Source: Desulfobacterales bacterium (GTDB taxonomy: Bacteria > Desulfobacterota > Desulfobacteria > Desulfobacterales > UBA5616). From it: a stretch of 64,000 nucleotides of DNA. The DNA is taken from positions 47,260 to 111,259 of the forward strand of contig JAWODC010000036.1 of NCBI GenBank assembly GCA_046483495.1, written 5' to 3'. Positions 28,558 to 39,253 of the stretch are shown one piece after another; the first letter of the stretch is position 1; the number at the start of each line of letters is the position of its first letter. A program made the position numbers and the translations under genes. Under the pieces are notes generated by a model, which worked only from the letters and a program-made list of their open reading frames with translations, did not search any database and was not told the origin of the DNA.

Positions 28558-31419
28558 TCAGGATGAGCCACCGATAATGCGGTGCCACACATCGATAACA
28601 CGATGCCTCAGAGATGCGAATCGGCCGATCGGCGCTTTGGGCGGCTTTTCCTGGAGAGTCAGTCGGTGAATAGCCGTGCGAAAAGTCAAGTAGGCATCGT
28701 GCAAGGCTTCAGCGGAGTTGTCGTCGATAATACGATTTTGTTGAAGAGTGTTCAAAATCCTGACATTATCCGTCCATTTCAGCAGTTCGGGATGCCGGTG
28801 GGATTTCAACAACACCAGATACTGCACCAAAAATTCGATATCGATGATGCCGCCGGTGTCCTCCTTTAAATCAAACATACCGGAATCCGTTGAAGCACGC
28901 GCTTTTCGAATCTTATCCCGCATGGCTCTGATGTCTTGTTTAAGAGGGATTTCATTCCGTTTGGTGCTCAGCACATCGAATCGAATCGTTTTACATCGTT
29001 CGGCCAGCGTCGGGTCCCCGCAAATCGGCCTCGCACGGACAAGCGCCTGTTGTTCCCATGTCCACGCCTGTGTTCGTTGATATGCAGAAAAAGATTCGAT
29101 GTGGCTGACCAGCGGACCGGCATTCCCACTTGGGCGCAGGCGCATATCCGTATCGTAGAGCTTTCCCGCACGGGTGTCTGCCGTGAGCAGGTGAACGATG
29201 CGCTGACCGAGTCTTGAATAATAGTAAGCGTTCTCAATGGGCCTATCGGTGCCGAATGTCGATCCCCTTTTCCCGGCATGGAGAAATACAAGGTCCAGGT
29301 CGGAATCGTATCCCATTTCGATTCCACCGAGCTTGCCGTACCCGACGATCAAAAACCCTGATTCGCAAGCATGGCCTTCTAAATCACACAGAGGTGTCCC
29401 ATGCCGAAGATGCATATACGTCCACGCCAAGTCTAAAACCTGTTCAAGGACGGTTTCCGCAATGTCAGTCAGATGATCGCTGACACGCTTGACCGTCAGC
29501 ATGCCGGCAATATCGGCAGCGGCGACCCGCAAAAGATTCGTCTGCTTGAAAATACACAGGTTTTCAATCCGGTATTCAAGATCACCGGCCGGTGAACGTT
29601 TCATCTGGTGATTCAATTCGCTTTCCAAACCGGATTTTTCAGGCGGCGAATACAGCGAACCCGGATGGAGAAATTCATCGAGAATCACCGGATGTCGGGA
29701 CAGGAATCGGATAATCCAGGGGCTCTTTTCTGCAAGACGCACCAAGTGGGACAGGACGCCGGGATTTTCCAAAAGAAGGGCAATATAACTGGTGCGCCTT
29801 TGGATGCTTCTAATCAGATCCAGAAGACGGAACAACACGGCTTCGGACTCGTCACAACCAGCAGCGGCTTCCAACAGGTTCGGTACCAGCCGGTCGACCC
29901 GTCTTCTCCCGTTTGGGCTCAATGCGCGGGTTTCCGGCGCTTCTTTGAGATAGGCAAGAGCGCTTACAATGCCGCTCGGATCGGTGTAGCCGATGCTGCG
30001 GATAATGTCTTCGGCCCCGATATCCTTGGGATTTTGCCATATTTCTTCTGAGCCCCTTTGTACGGCACCATCGTCATCCGCACCGAGCAGCTGACTGAAA
30101 TGGCGGTGCACGATTTTTCTCAGGCGGGTCAACTCGGCATCGAAGGCCTCATGGGTCTCAAATCCCATAGAAAAAGCGATGCGCATTCGCCCGAGGGCGT
30201 CTTTCGGAATCAGGTGCGTTTGCAGATCAGATATCTCCTGAAGGTGATTTTCCGTTCTGCGCAGGAAAAAATAGGCATGGATAAGATCTTCCCAACTTTC
30301 CCGACTGATAATGCCTTCATCGAAAAGTGCATTTAGCTGCTCATCCGTGCGGCGCCGCCGAAGGGACGGCACCACGCCGCCCCGAAGAATCTGAAACACC
30401 TGGCAAAAAAATTCGATCTCCCGAATACCCCCTGATCCCAGCTTCAGGTTGTCCGCCATATCCTTGCGCTTTACCTCAACCGAAATCTTCTTCTTCATGT
30501 CCCTGAGCACGTCCAAAACGGTATAGTCCAGGTAACGGCGGTAGATAAAAGGTTCCAATCTCAGAAGCAGGTCGTCTCCGGCGGTTTTATTTCCGGCGAT
30601 GACACGTGCCCTCAGCCATGCATACCGCTCCCATTCCCGGCCATGCTGCTGGTAGTAATCTTCCATCGCATCAAAACGCATCACCAGCGGACCGCTGTCA
30701 CCAAACGGCCGCAGACGCATATCGACCCTGAACGGACCGATATCGGAAGCAGAGGACCCCAGGACTTGAATCAGTCGGCGGGCGAGGGATGAATAAAAGG
30801 ACGATAATTGGTTGGATTTTTGCCGGCTGACGAATGCCGGAGCGTCTGGATAAGCAAAGACGAGATCGATATCGGAAGAAAAATTAAGTTCTGTACCACC
30901 GAGCTTTCCCATACCGATCACCACAAGGCCCGGGGTGTCCTCATCGAAGCCGAAACCTCCCCCCGGTTGACGCGCATGCCACCGATGCAAGCGGTCCAGT
31001 GCTGCATCTACGCATGCATCGGCAAAGGCCGTCAGGTCGGCGAGGGTTTCGGGCAGATCGGCCCAGCCGGCGAGATCCCGCCATGCAATGCGGATCATTT
31101 CCCGTTGCCGGAATTGGAGCAGCTGTTGCCGCAGACGTTTTTCATCTTCGCAGCCGTTCAGCCGTTCGGATAATTCCCTGTGATACCTGCCGGGTTCATA
31201 AACGGTAAACAAATCCCGACCGAATATGAGATCGAATAGAATGTCCGGGGCGAGAATACAGTTGTTTGAAACGAAATCGCTGAGACAAAATACGAGGTCC
31301 AGGCTCTTCAGTACACGTTCGTCATCAGGTAGGACCAGGTTGCGGAAATTCAGTGAACGGAATAAATCTGCTTTCTTTTCAGAAAGATGCTCAATTAAGT
31401 GTGAAGGGATGTGTTTCAT
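28558..31419 (-). CDS. glnE: Glutamine synthetase adenylyltransferase/deadenylase
   Basis: Two NT domains: GMGKLGGTELNFSSDIDL / GYGKLGGIEMGYDSDLDL; DMRLRP twice; GGIREIEF / GGIIDIEF. Confidence 0.96.
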   Translation of the reverse strand: MKHIPSHLIEHLSEKKADLFRSLNFRNLVLPDDERVLKSLDLVFCLSDFVSNNCILAPDILFDLIFGRDLFTVYEPGRYHRELSERLNGCEDEKRLRQQLLQFRQREMIRIAWRDLAGWADLPETLADLTAFADACVDAALDRLHRWHARQPGGGFGFDEDTPGLVVIGMGKLGGTELNFSSDIDLVFAYPDAPAFVSRQKSNQLSSFYSSLARRLIQVLGSSASDIGPFRVDMRLRPFGDSGPLVMRFDAMEDYYQQHGREWERYAWLRARVIAGNKTAGDDLLLRLEPFIYRRYLDYTVLDVLRDMKKKISVEVKRKDMADNLKLGSGGIREIEFFCQVFQILRGGVVPSLRRRRTDEQLNALFDEGIISRESWEDLIHAYFFLRRTENHLQEISDLQTHLIPKDALGRMRIAFSMGFETHEAFDAELTRLRKIVHRHFSQLLGADDDGAVQRGSEEIWQNPKDIGAEDIIRSIGYTDPSGIVSALAYLKEAPETRALSPNGRRRVDRLVPNLLEAAAGCDESEAVLFRLLDLIRSIQRRTSYIALLLENPGVLSHLVRLAEKSPWIIRFLSRHPVILDEFLHPGSLYSPPEKSGLESELNHQMKRSPAGDLEYRIENLCIFKQTNLLRVAAADIAGMLTVKRVSDHLTDIAETVLEQVLDLAWTYMHLRHGTPLCDLEGHACESGFLIVGYGKLGGIEMGYDSDLDLVFLHAGKRGSTFGTDRPIENAYYYSRLGQRIVHLLTADTRAGKLYDTDMRLRPSGNAGPLVSHIESFSAYQRTQAWTWEQQALVRARPICGDPTLAERCKTIRFDVLSTKRNEIPLKQDIRAMRDKIRKARASTDSGMFDLKEDTGGIIDIEFLVQYLVLLKSHRHPELLKWTDNVRILNTLQQNRIIDDNSAEALHDAYLTFRTAIHRLTLQEKPPKAPIGRFASLRHRVIDVWHRIIGGSS

Positions 31420-31449
31420 TCAGATGGTTTTTCGGGCCTGAATGAGGGG

Positions 31450-31992
31450 CTACCCGGAATTTTCATTGTTTTCCTCGGGATTATCGGTTTCCTTCTCGGC
31501 TTGGCTCCTTGCGGCCAACATGTAAAACCCGATGTCCGGGTCCTCGTGTTTGTGTTCCGGAAAGGCAAGCCCCAAATGTTTACCGGAGACGCTCTTGACG
31601 GTGACCATCCGACGAATCAATGTTCGGGGGGCGTTATCCAAATGAAATTCCACCGTAAGCCAGTCGCCGATGTTGAATTTTTCTTTGGAATGGACCGACA
31701 TCTTCAATCCTCTACGGGAAATATCAACGACGGTCATTGTTCCTTCGGCTACCGGCCGCCCGGCTGACGACCAGGCGGTATAACGGCCGGGAAGATCAAC
31801 CGCCTTTCGATAAAACCGCCTTTTTTCCAGAATGGCGTTCCAGGAATTGCCGCATTTGCAGGTGATTTTTACACTCACCGTTCTGTTAATATCAGGATAC
31901 TTCGATAAATCGATAACCTGTTGGCGATTGCAGACGGAACAGGCAATAGTGGCTGTATTATCTCTGTTAATAAATGCTTTGGCACGCGTCAT
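31450..31992 (-). CDS. Zinc-ribbon + PilZ domain protein
   Basis: CSVC...CKCG followed by RRFYR and DISRRG (PilZ RxxxR, DxSxxG). Confidence 0.8.
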   Translation of the reverse strand: MTRAKAFINRDNTATIACSVCNRQQVIDLSKYPDINRTVSVKITCKCGNSWNAILEKRRFYRKAVDLPGRYTAWSSAGRPVAEGTMTVVDISRRGLKMSVHSKEKFNIGDWLTVEFHLDNAPRTLIRRMVTVKSVSGKHLGLAFPEHKHEDPDIGFYMLAARSQAEKETDNPEENNENSG

Positions 31993-32118
31993 ATTCGCCT
32001 CGATTTGGATTGAAAGCCGGAATCAGCAGGGATTAGAAAAGGGATTAAACATCAGGAAGCATTTTTGTCAACAGCAAAGTAGACGTCGAAAAGCAGAACA
32101 GGCGCTCGAAGGCTTCCA

Positions 32119-32190
32119 TTTCAAAAAAACGAAAACGCCGCTCCTGGGCCAAAAGATGCCGCCTCGAATCGAATCGGTCGGTGGCCGCTA
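32119..32190. repeat. Partial copy of family B palindromic element
   Basis: GAAAACGCCGCTCCTGGGCCAAAAGATGCCGC nearly matches 41340-41369 and 41191-41219. Confidence 0.75.
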
Positions 32191-32580
32191 TTTAACTGTG
32201 ACTACAGGGCACGAAGCCTCCAAAATAACATACTGTGCCGTCGATCCCATGATCAGTTTGCCGATTTTGGACCGGTGTTTTACCCCGATGATGATTTCAT
32301 CGAACTGATGTTTTCTTGCAAAATCAACCATATCTTCACCCGGCGACAGACTTCTGACGGCAATATGGGTTTCACAGACAATGCCCTCTTTCGTGAAGCT
32401 TTCTTGAATATCGCTCAGACGATTCTGTAATGCGTCGAGTTCGGCCATGTGCAGTTCAGGACTGTGGCCGGAAGCGGTGAATATCGTCACTTGGGCATTG
32501 AAAGCGGCGGCGTGTCTTCGGGCCACTTTCAGGGTTTCCGGAAACTGCTTGGTGCCGTCATAACCGACGAGTATCTTCAT
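32188..32580 (-). CDS. Universal stress protein
   Basis: KILVGYDG N-terminus; IIIGVKHRSKIGKLIMGSTAQYVILEASCPVVTVK. Confidence 0.92.
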   Translation of the reverse strand: MKILVGYDGTKQFPETLKVARRHAAAFNAQVTIFTASGHSPELHMAELDALQNRLSDIQESFTKEGIVCETHIAVRSLSPGEDMVDFARKHQFDEIIIGVKHRSKIGKLIMGSTAQYVILEASCPVVTVK

Positions 32581-32719
32581 CGTTATTGTCCAATGTGAAA
32601 GGTTCGAAGCCGTATCAACTTAATATTAAAGGGGCGCAGTATACATGTCAATATACGATTTTACAGGCCGCTTATTCAATGATTCGGGAATCCCGACAAC
32701 AATGATTCAAGGGGAAACG

Positions 32720-34402
32720 CTATACGGAACCCACCCTCAATGCTCGGCCGCCACGGTTGCGTGTAGCTTTCTTATTTTCGATCGCAATCACGCCGTTGAC
32801 CAGCAGCCATTCTACACCCTCGCTGTAATGATGGGGATCGCTGTAGGTGGCGTCATCTTTTATCCCGGATTTGTCCCAAACAACGATATCCGCGTAAGCG
32901 CCCGTTTCGATTTTTCCCCGGCCTTTCATCCTGAATTTTTCAGCCGGCAGCGAGGTCATGGAGCGAATGGCTTTCTTAAAGGACATGAGTTTTTCGTTTC
33001 GTACGAATTGATTGAGTTTTTTGGGAAAAGTGCCGTATACGCGGGGATGGGGAAGCGACATGCCCATCGGAACGGTCCAGCCGTCCGAGGCGGTCATGAT
33101 ATAATCGTGAGGCATCAGTTCCCGGACGATGTTCATGTCCTGAAAAAAATAAACGGCTATGGGCAGGGTTTTTTCGCATACCATATCCGCATAGCACCGG
33201 GCGGGTGTCGTTTGCTCTATTTCGGCGATTTCCTTGAGCGTTTTTCCCTCGTAGGATTCATTTTCGGAATGCATGGTGATCATGGTCTTTTCCGGAGGAT
33301 AGATCGAGAAAACCGAATCCATGGCCCGTATCATCCGCCGTTTGCCGTCCCCCGTCCTGAATTCCTCCTTGATGCCGCTGCTTGTTTTCATTTCATTCGG
33401 CAGCAAATGGGATAATAAGGTCGAACCGGCTGCATAGGGATATTGATCGGCATGAAGCTCAACGCCTTGACGGCGGGCCCCTTCGATACGTTCGAGAACG
33501 TCCTCTGAACTCAGCCGATTTATAGGCAGGCTGATTTTAAGATGGGAAATTTGAACGGGGATATCGGCTCTTCGGCCGATTTCGATCATTTCATCGATGG
33601 ATCGGATAACCCCGGCTCTGCCGTCCGGATAGCCCCTGCCGGACTCATCCCGCATATGGCTCGTAAAAATACCGCCATACTTGCGAACAACCCCGGCCAA
33701 GGCGATCAATTCATCCGTCCGGGCCAGGTATCCGGGAGCGTATTCCAATCCGGTGGAAAGGCCGACCGCACCCTTTTCCATTTCTTCGGCCACCCTCTTT
33801 TCCATTGCATTCAGCTGCCGACCGTTGAGTTCTTCCGGCTGTTTTACTCCGAAAAGCGCTTCCCGGATCATTCCATGAGGAACGAGGGTGTAGAGGTTCG
33901 TGCCGAAGCCGACGGAATCCGCCAGGTTCAGCCACTGATCGACATCCGTATAGCCGTAGCCGCAATTACCCGTTACCACGGTCGTAACCCCTTGGTACAC
34001 GTAATTATAATTGCCTTTCCAGCTCGGCATGATATACGCCAGATACCGTTTCAGCCCGCTTTTCTGAAATGTCAGGTCACAATGGGTGTGAACATCGATA
34101 AATCCGGGGGTGACGACTTTTCCACTCGCCTGAATCACCGTTGAGGCCGGGGAATCGATTCCGCCGAGCGAAACGATTCGGTCTTTTTGAATGCCGATAT
34201 CCGCGACAAAGGGTTCTGCCGAGGTCCCATCGAAAATGGTTGCATTTTTGATCACAACGTCTAGATCACCATGACCGCCACGGCCGCAGCCGACCCCAAG
34301 GCCGGGAACGGCTGTCGATACGGCCAGTGCCGCGGCTGTTTTAAGCGATCGATCCAGAAATTCCCTTCGCGTATACGATTGTTCAGGCGGGTTGTTGACC
34401 AT
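32720..34402 (-). CDS. N-acyl-D-amino-acid deacylase family amidohydrolase with Tat signal
   Basis: TRREFL twin-arginine motif, PGFIDVHTHCD, GVTTVVTGNCG, GLSTGLEY, SHMRDE, ISHLK, PHPRVYGTFP. Confidence 0.9.
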   Translation of the reverse strand: MVNNPPEQSYTRREFLDRSLKTAAALAVSTAVPGLGVGCGRGGHGDLDVVIKNATIFDGTSAEPFVADIGIQKDRIVSLGGIDSPASTVIQASGKVVTPGFIDVHTHCDLTFQKSGLKRYLAYIMPSWKGNYNYVYQGVTTVVTGNCGYGYTDVDQWLNLADSVGFGTNLYTLVPHGMIREALFGVKQPEELNGRQLNAMEKRVAEEMEKGAVGLSTGLEYAPGYLARTDELIALAGVVRKYGGIFTSHMRDESGRGYPDGRAGVIRSIDEMIEIGRRADIPVQISHLKISLPINRLSSEDVLERIEGARRQGVELHADQYPYAAGSTLLSHLLPNEMKTSSGIKEEFRTGDGKRRMIRAMDSVFSIYPPEKTMITMHSENESYEGKTLKEIAEIEQTTPARCYADMVCEKTLPIAVYFFQDMNIVRELMPHDYIMTASDGWTVPMGMSLPHPRVYGTFPKKLNQFVRNEKLMSFKKAIRSMTSLPAEKFRMKGRGKIETGAYADIVVWDKSGIKDDATYSDPHHYSEGVEWLLVNGVIAIENKKATRNRGGRALRVGSV

Positions 34403-34597
34403 TGCAGGTCTCCTTTTTCCGGGAATTCGAACAGCAGCAGACCGCGAGGAGTCACTTATTGCTTGACAGTGGAAGCGGTCTCAAAATAAACATTTTGATT
34501 CGAATGCAATCGATGCGCATGTGGACCCGCGATCGATCGCATGCGCGCGAATAATCAGGGCGTATACGCAGCATCAACGAAGAGACGATTGTGATAA

Positions 34598-34743
34598 CAG
34601 TGTCCATCCAGAAATGGCTAATTCGCTCCATTTCGGCGTTGGCGGGAAATTTTAATCCTCAAAATACTCAATGTATTCCTGCGGTTAAAATTTCCAGGCC
34701 GCCTTGAACTGAATCGAATTATCTCATTTCTGGATGGGCACTA
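34598..34743. mobile_element. MITE/ERIC-like palindromic element, family A copy 2
   Basis: TIRs AGTGTCCATCCAGAAATG...CATTTCTGGATGGGCACT; inverted homolog of 14704-14849. Confidence 0.82.
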
Positions 34744-34840
34744 AATAGCATCATTCGGGAATGACTTCAAGAACGTATTCCGCGGCCCCTTTTTACATTC
34801 CGGAAATTCGAGCGACCGGGAATGCGGTTCAGGAGGATGA

Positions 34841-36325
34841 ATGAATCGTACAGACACATTTCCCCCGTTAGGCGCACTTTTCAATCCGAAATCGATTGCC
34901 ATCGTGGGGGCGTCGAAGACGATCGGGAAATGGGGATTTACCTTTCTGCTTCACTTGATCAAAGGCGGGTATACCGGCGAAATATATCCGGTCAATCCCA
35001 CGATGAAAGAAATACTTGGAAAGAAGGTATATCCGTCCATCTCGGCGCTTCCGGGTCCGGTGGATACGGCCTTCATCCTGATTCCTCCCGACCAGGTAGC
35101 GCAGGCCATCGCAGACTGCGGCAAAATCGGGGTGACCGCCTGCGTGGTCATTACCGCCGGGTTCAAGGAAGTAGGCCCCACCGGTGCGTCGCTCGAGCAG
35201 GAAATCGCTGAAACGGCGGATAAAGCGGGCGTCATGATCGTCGGTCCAAACTGTGCCGGAATCGCCAGCCCTTACCCATCTCGGCTGTATTGCATGATGC
35301 AGCCCAATTTTCCGCCGGCCGGCCATATCGCCGTGGTTTCCCAGAGCGGGAATCTTGCCGGATCCCTGATGCATCTTTGCTGGAAGCAGGACATCGGCAT
35401 CAGCCGCTGTGTCAGCGTCGGCAATCAGGTTCAGATGAAAACCGAGGATTTTCTGGAATATTTCATTACCGATGACCGGACTCATGTGGTTCTGGCCTAT
35501 ATCGAAAGCGTTGCCGACGGCAAGCGGTTTATGGAAACGGCCCGGCGTCTGACCCGGTCGAAACCGTTCATCGTCATTAAAGGCGGAAAAACATCCACCG
35601 GCAGCCGGGCCGCCAAATCCCACACCGGCGCCATTGCAGGCTCGGATGCAGCATTCGATGCCGTGTGCCGGCAATGCGGCATTATCCGTGTCGATGATGT
35701 GGAAGACATGTTCGACACGGCGGCGGCATTTCTGTCACAGCCCTTGCCTCGCGGTAATCGCGTCGGCATTGTCGCCAACGGGGGCGGCTGGGGGGTGATT
35801 ATGGCGGATGCCTGTGCCGAGTCCGGCTTGAATGTCGTCGAGTTGCCGGACGAAACGCTCCGGCAGCTCGATAAGCGGCTGCCGCCGTGGTGGAACCGGC
35901 AGAACCCTGTCGACCTGGTCGCCGGCATGAGCCGGGGCGCCTTTTTCAAATCATTGGAGGCTCTGGCAGGTTGTGACGCTGTCGACAGCCTGATCGCCAT
36001 GGGTTTCGGCTATGGCAAACCGTTTTCAGATATCATTCGCACGGTGACGGAAAACGGTCAGCTCAAGGTTGCTGATTATGTGTCCGGCGCCCTCCGTTCG
36101 GACGAACGGGGAAAGCATTTCATTCTGGATTTAATCCGGACGCATCAAAAACCCGTTCTGCTGACTTCGGAGTACGGAATCGGGGCTGAAGCCGATGAAA
36201 ATCGAGCTATTTTAGACTTGCGGAAGGCGAATATCCTGTCCTATCCGTCCTCGGAAAAAACCGCCCGCATACTGGCCCGACTGGTGCAATACGGGAATTA
36301 CAGGTCCCGTATCACCTGTAAGTGA
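34841..36325 (+). CDS. ADP-forming acyl-CoA synthetase alpha subunit (CoA-binding)
   Basis: FNPKSIAIVGAS, YPVNP, GPNCAG, SQSG, AKSHTGA (phospho-His), NPVDL; no ATP-grasp domain. Confidence 0.88.
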   Translation: MNRTDTFPPLGALFNPKSIAIVGASKTIGKWGFTFLLHLIKGGYTGEIYPVNPTMKEILGKKVYPSISALPGPVDTAFILIPPDQVAQAIADCGKIGVTACVVITAGFKEVGPTGASLEQEIAETADKAGVMIVGPNCAGIASPYPSRLYCMMQPNFPPAGHIAVVSQSGNLAGSLMHLCWKQDIGISRCVSVGNQVQMKTEDFLEYFITDDRTHVVLAYIESVADGKRFMETARRLTRSKPFIVIKGGKTSTGSRAAKSHTGAIAGSDAAFDAVCRQCGIIRVDDVEDMFDTAAAFLSQPLPRGNRVGIVANGGGWGVIMADACAESGLNVVELPDETLRQLDKRLPPWWNRQNPVDLVAGMSRGAFFKSLEALAGCDAVDSLIAMGFGYGKPFSDIIRTVTENGQLKVADYVSGALRSDERGKHFILDLIRTHQKPVLLTSEYGIGAEADENRAILDLRKANILSYPSSEKTARILARLVQYGNYRSRITCK

Positions 36326-36353
36326 ATGCACGTTTTCCAACGGGAAACGTCAT

Positions 36354-37532
36354 CTATATGTCTTCTATCATCTCCAGAAAGCTCTGTATCCGCGTCTGCA
36401 TCGGTGCAAAAGCCGCTTCGCTGTAGTTATGCTCGATATAAATGCTTGGAATGCCTATCCCTTTTAAGTAATCAGTCATTGCGGGGATTTCATAACCATG
36501 AGCGTCACAGTACCGCAGGGCCTGAAGAATAACGCCTTCAACATTGAACTGTCCGACAAATTCACCGATATACCCGAAGCGGTGTTCGAGATCCTCGGAA
36601 TATTTCCTTATCGTCGCTCCTTCGCGTTTTTCCTTAAAGGTGCGGGGGCACTGAATACCGGTCAGGTAGTGCTTTGCCAGACCATCCAGCGGGTCGTCCG
36701 TAATCTCGACATCCGTAAAATAGGCACGGCTGCCGACACAGGTATCGTCCATCACGATATCGGCATCGAGATTTTCGATCATTTTCAGTAATGCCGTGTC
36801 ATCGATAACGCCTCCCCATAACATCAGACGGGTGCGGTTTTCAGAAGCCAATGGTTTCCGGGAATGAAGATCATTGATCACTTCCCTTAGAAGGACGTTT
36901 CCTTCATCTGTGGGCAGGCTCATGATACCGATCAGCACTTCCAGCGTTTCCACGCCGGAGATCAGCGGCGGGTCGACCTTTTTACAATCGTAGAGTGAAC
37001 GGACAAGCGCCCGCTGCTCATTCTGTAAAACGACGGCCTTTCGCAGCTTTTCATCGGAAATGGGTTCACCGGTGTACGCCTCCAGGGCTTTTTTGTAGTC
37101 CTGCAACAACCCTTTGAAATAGTCCAAGGCACCCGCATGGGTCGTATGAGGCATGTCGATGAAAAAAGAAAAAGGTGTCTTGACATTGATTTTCCAGTTG
37201 TTGGCAAACTGTGCACCCACATCGCAGGTATGAACGAAAGTGACACCGTCCAGAAAATCGTATTTTCCCTTCAGCCCGATATCCAGAAGACTGCGCAGGA
37301 AGGGGCATACCACCGTCGGCAGGTATGTGTCGGCCTGCGTCACCGGCTCCCGCATATTTCCGAAAAGCCTGAATGGGACGAGATCCACGGCGGTCATCAT
37401 TTCGACCACCGGATAGATGCACAGGTATCCCATTACTCGACGGCCGCTTCTTTTAAGCTCTCTGATTCTAAGCGTCCGGTCTGAATAAAGCCGGTTTGCC
37501 CCGGCCAGTCCCCTGATTTCCCGATCATTCAT
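36354..37532 (-). CDS. 2-hydroxyacyl-CoA dehydratase family subunit (HgdB/BcrC-like)
   Basis: GYLCIYPVVE, VCPF, HTCD, MDDTCVGSR, RYCDAH, TRIQSFLEM. Confidence 0.88.
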   Translation of the reverse strand: MNDREIRGLAGANRLYSDRTLRIRELKRSGRRVMGYLCIYPVVEMMTAVDLVPFRLFGNMREPVTQADTYLPTVVCPFLRSLLDIGLKGKYDFLDGVTFVHTCDVGAQFANNWKINVKTPFSFFIDMPHTTHAGALDYFKGLLQDYKKALEAYTGEPISDEKLRKAVVLQNEQRALVRSLYDCKKVDPPLISGVETLEVLIGIMSLPTDEGNVLLREVINDLHSRKPLASENRTRLMLWGGVIDDTALLKMIENLDADIVMDDTCVGSRAYFTDVEITDDPLDGLAKHYLTGIQCPRTFKEKREGATIRKYSEDLEHRFGYIGEFVGQFNVEGVILQALRYCDAHGYEIPAMTDYLKGIGIPSIYIEHNYSEAAFAPMQTRIQSFLEMIEDI

Positions 37533-37556
37533 GTCTGATTCTCCTTCTTATTTGTA

Positions 37557-38921
37557 TCACCAATCGAATCCGGCTTCTTTTCTTACGGCTTTGTAATGGT
37601 CCATGGTTTCTTCAAAAGCTTCCGCCTTTCGCAAAGCGTCTTCCGGATCAAATAGGCGGGTATCCACGATATCTCCCTCGATGGAAATACCGGGCACCTT
37701 AAAGTGGCTCATCATACCGCGCTCCATGAGGTTCAGGCTGGCGGTTGCCGTCCGGCAGGTCAGCAGGGGGTGGAGAAACCCGCCGTCGATTCGGAAATCC
37801 TGTATAGGCTTTAGGGACAGCCTGGGGGCGGCATCCGTCGTCCTCATTTCTTCTTTTATTTTTTCGGCCTCGTCCGGCCCGAAATTGACATCGATCAGAT
37901 GATCCATTCCCTGGTGCCGATAACGGACCAGCCGCTCCACCGGATCGTCAACTCCGGTGAGATCGATCGGCCTTGGCGGGTGGTAGGCCACCTCGGTAAC
38001 GAAGTTCCATCCTCTTTCCGCCAATGTATCGAAAAACTTCAGGGCATGCCACGGCGGGAGGCCTACAAAAATCATCCTGTATTTTTCATCCGTATTGATC
38101 GCGCTGATGCCGTGGTCTACCCGGTATTTGACTTCTTCGAGCATGTCTTTGTAGAGCATGGTGACGCCTTTTGGATCCGTGGTTCGAAAGAGGGAAGCCG
38201 ACATGCTGCTCCAGAAATCCCTCGCGTGCATCGGACCGGGACGTGCCATGCGCAGTTCGTTGATTTCATACCACACGGCGTCCATGGCCATGGTGTTGTC
38301 GATGTCTTCCCGAAGCTTTGCCCAATCCATTTTTCTGCCGGTTAAGCGCTCTAAAAAGGCGGCAAATGCCTTGAGTTCTTTGACTAAAAATCGGATGCTG
38401 CGCTCGTGGGCTCCCTCCATGAGATTTTCCTTGCCGTAGGCGGTGGGGAATTCAATCACCCAGAGCGGAACTTCCATATATTTGCTCAAGGCCTGAAACC
38501 ATTTGAACCGGGCATCACAGCCCATACCCGAACCCACCAGCAGAATGGGTTTGGGCATCCCCCCCTGCGGCAGCCCCGGGGGAATTTCCCAGTCAAGCTC
38601 GGTCATCCGGGCCACATACCCGAGACAATTCTGGGCATATCCGCACAAATGCGTGGGAAACCCTTCGGCCTCCGAGCGCTCAAGAAACTTTTCGGCTGCA
38701 CCCGTGGCCGCGCATACGGTGCCATAATTCTCCGGATAAACGCTGTCGATGCCGATGGCGTTCAGAAAAGGGCTGGCGTATGACTCCTGCATGCACCAGG
38801 CCACGAGCCGCCCCTCTTTTTGGGCTTCCTGCGCCGCCTGATAGTTCTTGTCCATCAGAGCGCGCAGCGGATACATGGATTTAAGGCGATTGATCGGCCG
38901 TTTTTTTTCTCCGGTAGACAT
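37557..38921 (-). CDS. 2-hydroxyacyl-CoA dehydratase family subunit (HgdA/BcrB-like)
   Basis: YPENY, HLCGY, GGMPKP, GCDARFKWF, LTCR, IEGDIVD, AEAFEE. Confidence 0.87.
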   Translation of the reverse strand: MSTGEKKRPINRLKSMYPLRALMDKNYQAAQEAQKEGRLVAWCMQESYASPFLNAIGIDSVYPENYGTVCAATGAAEKFLERSEAEGFPTHLCGYAQNCLGYVARMTELDWEIPPGLPQGGMPKPILLVGSGMGCDARFKWFQALSKYMEVPLWVIEFPTAYGKENLMEGAHERSIRFLVKELKAFAAFLERLTGRKMDWAKLREDIDNTMAMDAVWYEINELRMARPGPMHARDFWSSMSASLFRTTDPKGVTMLYKDMLEEVKYRVDHGISAINTDEKYRMIFVGLPPWHALKFFDTLAERGWNFVTEVAYHPPRPIDLTGVDDPVERLVRYRHQGMDHLIDVNFGPDEAEKIKEEMRTTDAAPRLSLKPIQDFRIDGGFLHPLLTCRTATASLNLMERGMMSHFKVPGISIEGDIVDTRLFDPEDALRKAEAFEETMDHYKAVRKEAGFDW

Positions 38922-39253
38922 AACCTGATCCTTTCTGATAATAAATCAACATTCGGGGTTCACAAAAATGCATTTCGGACCATTCGCCGGCATCTTTTCA
39001 ATCAGCCGACGCAGCCGAATGGATCAAACCGCTCCGCTCTTGCATAGCAAAGCCGAAAGTCGAGCACATCATTCATCCCTTGTGAAAATGGCCCTGAAAA
39101 ACGGAGTTCCTATTCGAAAAAGATCGTCAAATAAATCGTAATGTAAAGAAGTACTGTTGAGAGAGGGCCGCCTTGATCGTGATCATTCAATGAAATGCCG
39201 TGGTCTTGGTATATCAAAAATTGCCGAAATTTAAAACTCTATAGGAGAATTCA

